In this document: piece after piece, positions 59,612-64,000 of the stretch | Layout of the letters: each line of letters starts with the position of its first letter | Numbering within the stretch: the first letter of the stretch is position 1 | NCBI GenBank assembly: GCA_027331445.1 | Contig: DAHWUD010000002.1 | Coordinates: forward strand, 13,018 to 77,017 | DNA length: 64,000 bases | Source: Candidatus Amesbacteria bacterium | GTDB lineage: Bacteria; Patescibacteriota; Microgenomatia; CAZETR01; Amesbacteraceae | Direction: 5' to 3' | Program-made: the position numbers and the translations under genes | Notes under the pieces: generated by a model | The model's input: the letters and a program-made list of their open reading frames with translations, nothing else | Told to the model about the DNA's origin: nothing | Database searches by the model: none

Positions 59612-60181
59612 CTACCCGGCGCTCTTAAAATTCGCCTTCTCCCCCAGTAATTTTATCTGCCTCACGCACCAGATGGCCAGCCACCGGATGCTCTTCCATA
59701 CTTTTTGGTGCAGACCCGATTCCGTCTCTTCCGCCGTCAGCGGCAGTGTCACCGTCGTTTTCTGCCCCATCCCGGCTCCGAACAACACTCTTTGCGTATA
59801 GTCGTCCGTCACCCCGCCCGCCAGTTCCGCCTCCTTCTCCACTTTCTCCATGTATCCTTCCGTCCCCGGCTCCAACTCCGGACCCGCCGGAATCTCCTCC
59901 AATTCCTCCACCGTGTGTTCCCGGGTATGTACCGGCTCCTTCTCCTTACCAAACCCCGTGGTGATTTGTTCTAAATCCCGCTTAAACTTCCCCCCGGCAT
60001 CATACATCGCCTGAAAGTCGTTTTGCTTTTCCTCGAATTCCTCTGCTTCCGTAGCCAAATTTGCTTCCTCAACCGGCTTCGCCGTCATTTGATCCAAATC
60101 CGCCATCGCTCTCGCTACCGCACTCAAATCCTTATTATTTTGTTTCTTGATATTTGTATCTTGGTTATTATCCCCCGCCAT
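59612..60181 (-). CDS. Hypothetical acidic protein with C-terminal TM helix
   Basis: 189 aa, E/D-rich. Downstream of the coupling-protein-like gene. Confidence 0.4.
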   Translation of the reverse strand: MAGDNNQDTNIKKQNNKDLSAVARAMADLDQMTAKPVEEANLATEAEEFEEKQNDFQAMYDAGGKFKRDLEQITTGFGKEKEPVHTREHTVEELEEIPAGPELEPGTEGYMEKVEKEAELAGGVTDDYTQRVLFGAGMGQKTTVTLPLTAEETESGLHQKVWKSIRWLAIWCVRQIKLLGEKANFKSAG

Positions 60182-60254
60182 ACATCCATCATACTACCAA
60201 AATCCCTCCCCTCCCTCCCGTATCATACGTCGATGCATCGACGCACCGCACCCT

Positions 60255-60809
60255 CTACCTCCACTTTTCCTCTCTTATCCCCGTCTGGTAATTCACCCAC
60301 CTCCCGATCGTAAACAGCGCATCCGACAACCGATTTAAATATTTAAGAACCGCTTCTCTTTCTCCCTCTTTAACCAAAGAGGGAGATGCCCCGACGGGAG
60401 AGGGAGTTTGAAGTAGTGCCACTACCTCCCGTTCCGCTCTCCGACAGACGGCTCTGGCGAACTGCAAATATCCCACCGGATAAATAAATTTATCTAATTT
60501 GGGCATTTGTTCGGTCAGTGTGTCAATCAGTTTTTCCAAATGGCCCACTTCCCCCGGTCTGATTTTTTTTCGGCTCCCCGCCAGCCCGGAAGCGATCGTC
60601 ATCAGGTTGTTCTGCGCCCGCTCCAATTCTCCGTCAATTTTTGTGAATTTGTGATTGGAATTTTGAATTTCGTTTCTGCACACCCCCATCCCGCTGTTTG
60701 CTTCATCAATTGCCCCTAGGGCTTGCGCCAATTTATCCGTCTTGCTCATCCTGCCCCCCCCGATCACTCCGGTTGTCCCTTTGTCCCCCGTCCTGGTATA
60801 AATCGGCAT
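60255..60809 (-). CDS. ATP:cob(I)alamin adenosyltransferase, PduO/MMAB type
   Basis: N-terminus MPIYTRTGDKGTTG (PduO signature). Start set at this Met. Confidence 0.8.
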   Translation of the reverse strand: MPIYTRTGDKGTTGVIGGGRMSKTDKLAQALGAIDEANSGMGVCRNEIQNSNHKFTKIDGELERAQNNLMTIASGLAGSRKKIRPGEVGHLEKLIDTLTEQMPKLDKFIYPVGYLQFARAVCRRAEREVVALLQTPSPVGASPSLVKEGEREAVLKYLNRLSDALFTIGRWVNYQTGIREEKWR

Positions 60810-60814
60810 AACGT

Positions 60815-61405
60815 TTACTCTTGCTTTTTCAGCTGCTGCAGCGCGTACACCAGGTAGTGGTGAATATCTCCGTGCAGTCCTTCCACATATCCGTAATGTT
60901 CCCTGGGCACCCACACCACGATATCCGCTATCTCCTTCAGTTTTCCGCCCTTATATCCCACCATCGCCCCCGTCTTCATCCCCCGTTTTTTTGCCCATAA
61001 AGCAGCCTTTACCACATTCGGGCTGTTTCCGCTGGAGCTCACCATAATCACCATGTCTTTCCTCTTGGGAGCCATGTTCTTCAATTGCTCCACGAACACG
61101 TTTTCGTATCCCAGATCGTTGGCGAGGGCCGTCATCCAGGCCACATTATCCGTCAAAGCCACCGTATTAAACCGCTTTTCTTTATGGTTGGTGTGATCCG
61201 TCACTGTGTTTTTTCCGATATCTGCCGCCATATGCGAAGCGATGCTGGCGCTGCCCCCGTTACCCATAAAGTAAATCGTCCCCCCGTCTTTATATACCTG
61301 CCACATCATCTCCGCCATTTTTTCCATCTCTGCCGTCTCCACCTCCAGCACCGCTTTTTTGAACTCCTCCCAGTATTCCTTGGTAAATTTTTTCAGCGTT
61401 TTCAT
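60815..61405 (-). CDS. gmhA: SIS-domain phosphoheptose isomerase
   Basis: 196 aa. GNGGSASIASHMAAD SIS motif. Adjacent to a GHMP heptose-kinase-like gene. Confidence 0.8.
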   Translation of the reverse strand: MKTLKKFTKEYWEEFKKAVLEVETAEMEKMAEMMWQVYKDGGTIYFMGNGGSASIASHMAADIGKNTVTDHTNHKEKRFNTVALTDNVAWMTALANDLGYENVFVEQLKNMAPKRKDMVIMVSSSGNSPNVVKAALWAKKRGMKTGAMVGYKGGKLKEIADIVVWVPREHYGYVEGLHGDIHHYLVYALQQLKKQE

Positions 61406-62379
61406 TTGCGGATATTAAATATAACCTTACTTCCGTCCCTTGACAAGCCGACAGGCATCTCCCGCATTCCGGGCAATGCCCTCCGCACCGCCGCCCGTTT
61501 TTCACTGGGCACGAACAACGTTAAAAATCCGCCGCCCCCGGCCCCGGAAATTTTCCCTCCCCACGCCCCCGCCCGCTTGGCCGCCGCATAGATTCTGTCG
61601 ATTTCCGCGTCCGAAATTTTAGCCGCCAATGTTTTTTTCAGTTTCCACCCCGCATCCATTAGTTTCCCCAATTTGGCCATTTCTCCCCGCTCCAGCAGCT
61701 TTTTAGCTTCCCGGGCCTGGCCGGCCATTTCCAGTAACACCTTATTCTTCTTCTCGATATTATTTTTCTGCTCCGTCAGAATTGAACTCGCCTGCCGCGT
61801 CCTGCCCGTAAAAAACACCATCATTTGCTTCTGCACGTCATCCCACGTCTGGGGCGAAATCTCCACTTTCTCCGCCATCACCAGCCCCGACTTCATAAAC
61901 TCCAGTGTCCGCACCCCCCCGTAAGCCGCAATGTATTGGTCCTGCACCCCGATCGGTTTGCCCAGAATCTCAATTTCAATTTCACAGGCCTCCCGGGCCA
62001 GCCTTTCCGCATCTACTGCCTCGCCTCTGAATTGGTATAACGCGTTCAGTACTCCCACCGTCACCGAGCTGGACGACCCCAGCCCGGATCCCGCCGCCGG
62101 AATGTCCGACAAAAAAGTGATCTCAATTCCGCCGTCCACCCCGGTTTTTTTCATCGCTTCCCGCACCAGTTCGTGTTTCAGATCGCCGGCTTTCTCCACA
62201 ATCTCTTTCACCGAATAATTCACGTAAATCTGCTTATCAAATCTTTCTTTGACGATGCAGTAGACATACTTATCAATCGCCGTCGTCACCACGTAGCCGC
62301 CGTATTTTCGGTAAAAATCAGGGAAATCCGTCCCCCCGCCCAGAAACGAAATCCTCAGGGGGGTCTGGGTAATAATCAT
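61402..62379 (-). CDS. hddA: GHMP kinase (D-glycero-alpha-D-manno-heptose 7-phosphate kinase-like)
   Basis: 325 aa. GHMP motif PAAGSGLGSSSS. N-terminal ITQTPLRISFLGGGTD typical of HddA/GalK-like kinases. Confidence 0.75.
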   Translation of the reverse strand: MIITQTPLRISFLGGGTDFPDFYRKYGGYVVTTAIDKYVYCIVKERFDKQIYVNYSVKEIVEKAGDLKHELVREAMKKTGVDGGIEITFLSDIPAAGSGLGSSSSVTVGVLNALYQFRGEAVDAERLAREACEIEIEILGKPIGVQDQYIAAYGGVRTLEFMKSGLVMAEKVEISPQTWDDVQKQMMVFFTGRTRQASSILTEQKNNIEKKNKVLLEMAGQAREAKKLLERGEMAKLGKLMDAGWKLKKTLAAKISDAEIDRIYAAAKRAGAWGGKISGAGGGGFLTLFVPSEKRAAVRRALPGMREMPVGLSRDGSKVIFNIRK

Positions 62380-62395
62380 ATATGAGGATTATACC

Positions 62396-62509
62396 TTACT
62401 CGCAGCACGGATCCTTGTATCCGCAGTTTTGGCATGTCGCCTCTTTGCTCCCCGCCCTGTTTCCGATCACATAGCCGCACCCCGGACACTCCTGAATCCC
62501 GAATTTCAT
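62396..62509 (-). CDS. Small C4 zinc-ribbon protein (37 aa; not in the supplied ORF track)
   Basis: MKFGIQECPGCGYVIGNRAGSKEATCQNCGYKDPCCE. Two CxxC pairs. Between the heptose kinase gene and nrdJ. Resembles the C-terminal zinc ribbon of the adjacent NrdJ. Confidence 0.4.
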   Translation of the reverse strand: MKFGIQECPGCGYVIGNRAGSKEATCQNCGYKDPCCE

Positions 62510-62542
62510 ATTTATTTGTAATTTGTGCTTTGAATTTTATTC

Positions 62543-64000
62543 TCAGCACTCGCTGTATCCGCAGCCATAGCATTTCTTGCACCCCTCCTCAAACACCAGC
62601 GTTGCCTCCCCGCATGACGGGCAAATATCCGCCTTCTTACCTACCGGCAGCGTCAGTTGTCCCGCCGCGTCCGCCGCCGCTCCGTTCGTCAAACTCATTT
62701 GTTCCGCTATTTCTTGAACCTTGGTACTTGAATCCTGAACTTTATCCTGGTGTGTTCCTACCAGCCCGAAGTGCATCCCGATCGCTTTGGCCACCGCATC
62801 CGGCAGGCTCCTCACCCTGTTGGGGCCAAATCCCACCGATCTGCCTCCGCCGATCCCCTGCAGTTGCTGCATTATTTCCCGCGCCCGCTCTTTAGCCGGC
62901 AGGTGATTCCCAAACCGCAGCGTGGTCGAAATTAATCTGCCCAAAGCCTCCGCCATTGCCGCCACCTCCGACCCTGCCCGGCCGATCACCACAAACACCT
63001 CAAACGGGTTGCCGTCCGCGTCATGATTTACGGTAATAAACGCGCTTCCCAAAGGCGTCTCAATCCGGTATGTTGACCCGTCCACTTTCACCGGCCTCGG
63101 TTTAATGCCTTGCGCTTCCGCCGCTTCCTGAACTTTGGACATTGAATCCTGGACCTTTTCTTTAGTCCCGAGGTTTAACACCTGTTCCCCCTTGCTCCCG
63201 TCACGAAATACTGTAATTCCCCGGCATCCTGTCTCCCAGGCCAGCATATAAGCCTTTTTCACATCCTCCACCGTTGCGTCGTGCGGCAGATTAATCGTCT
63301 TGGACACGCCGTTATCGGTGTACTTCTGAAATGCCGCCTGCATCCGTACATGCCAGTCCGGGGTAATCTCATGCGCCGTCCCGAACGCTCTCCGCACCGC
63401 CTCCGGAATTTCCTCTATCTGTCGCACCGTTCCGTGTTCGGCCACTTTGCCCATCAACTCCTCGCTGTAAAATCCGTCTCTTTTCGCCGCCTCCTCAAAC
63501 AGGGGATTTACAAACTTCAGTGTCCGCCCTTCACTCTTCACAATATGCTGGTAAGCAATCGCGAACAATGGCTCGCATCCCCCCGAAGTATTTGCCAGAA
63601 TTCCGATCGACCCCGTCGGCGCGATCGTAGTCACGGTACTGTTGCGCATCGGTCTTCTGACATAAATGCTTTCTTTCCAAAGCGGAAACGGTCCCCTCTC
63701 AAGGGCCAGTTCCTGCGACGTTTTATGCCCCTCTTCGTTGATTGTCTTCATCACCTTCTCCGCCAACTCCAGCGCCTCTACGCTGTCATACGGAATACCC
63801 AGCTCGACGAGCATGTCCGCCCAGCCTCCGATTCCCATTCCGATTCGCCTGATCTGTCGCACCACCTCTTTAATCTGCGGCAGGGGAAACGGGTTCATTT
63901 CAATCACGCTGTCCAAAAACCTGGTCGCCGTCCGCGCCGTCTGCCGTAATTTTTCCCAATCTACTTCGGCTTGCCCTGATCCTGCCGAATGGGTGACATA
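62543..64000 (-). CDS. nrdJ: Adenosylcobalamin-dependent (class II) ribonucleotide reductase, C-terminal part (gene continues beyond window end)
   Basis: Motifs NSTVTTIAPTGSIG...SGGCEPLF and KTINLP. C-terminal zinc finger CPSCG...CKKCYGCGY. The frame stays open upstream of the track's TTG start, through to position 64000. Confidence 0.85.
   Translation of the reverse strand, partial: YVTHSAGSGQAEVDWEKLRQTARTATRFLDSVIEMNPFPLPQIKEVVRQIRRIGMGIGGWADMLVELGIPYDSVEALELAEKVMKTINEEGHKTSQELALERGPFPLWKESIYVRRPMRNSTVTTIAPTGSIGILANTSGGCEPLFAIAYQHIVKSEGRTLKFVNPLFEEAAKRDGFYSEELMGKVAEHGTVRQIEEIPEAVRRAFGTAHEITPDWHVRMQAAFQKYTDNGVSKTINLPHDATVEDVKKAYMLAWETGCRGITVFRDGSKGEQVLNLGTKEKVQDSMSKVQEAAEAQGIKPRPVKVDGSTYRIETPLGSAFITVNHDADGNPFEVFVVIGRAGSEVAAMAEALGRLISTTLRFGNHLPAKERAREIMQQLQGIGGGRSVGFGPNRVRSLPDAVAKAIGMHFGLVGTHQDKVQDSSTKVQEIAEQMSLTNGAAADAAGQLTLPVGKKADICPSCGEATLVFEEGCKKCYGCGYSEC

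Noticed and set aside
62376-62582. 68 aa ORF from the supplied track between hddA and nrdJ
   Set aside because: It has an arbitrary composition. A different frame on the same strand encodes a clean 37 aa C4 zinc-ribbon ORF (62396..62509), which I consider more plausible.

Overview
This 64 kb window is gene-dense and mostly minus-strand. It looks like a small-genome bacterium, possibly CPR/Patescibacteria-like, but that is inference from gene content and rRNA organisation only.

Core housekeeping genes: rho, radA, rpsA, pyrG, phosphoglucomutase, trxA/trxB with a DsbA-like protein, pth, an ATP-dependent DNA ligase, recF, fpg, ftsH, a TrpRS, and a partial class II (B12-dependent) ribonucleotide reductase at the right edge.

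The window also holds an atypical, fragmented rRNA locus. The 16S gene is a standalone unit with its own terminator. It lies about 4.7 kb from a tRNA-Ala/23S/5S unit. A MacAB-like efflux operon and an opposite-strand tRNA-Ile(GAT), preceded by a degenerate half-copy of itself, sit in between. The 23S gene carries a ~768 nt group I intron at the classic I-CreI site (E. coli position 2593), encoding a LAGLIDADG homing endonuclease.

Other notable items:
- A sortase with two adjacent surface-protein substrates that share a non-canonical TTPxT[GA] sorting motif.
- A DNA-3-methyladenine glycosylase gene with two in-frame TAG codons in an otherwise intact frame.
- A Doc toxin whose Fic-motif His is replaced by Arg, next to an AbrB/MazE-type antitoxin with a palindromic operator.
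- A TrpRS fused to an N-terminal YbaK/ProX-like deacylase domain, in an operon with two unknowns.
- A cassette of two DNPH1/nucleoside-2-deoxyribosyltransferase-like genes plus a Nudix hydrolase. It is flanked by ~50 nt direct repeats and followed by a 1.5 kb insert and a 270 bp partial duplicate of the Nudix 5' end. I rate this cassette the most likely candidate for an undescribed nucleotide-processing or defence module.
- A region with tRNA-Met, an FtsB-like gene, a tyrosine recombinase and a VirD4/TraG-like ATPase.
- Dispersed GDP-heptose pathway genes (gmhA, hddA-like, gmhB, nucleotidyltransferase) together with a GT4 glycosyltransferase and an epimerase.

No CRISPR array was seen.
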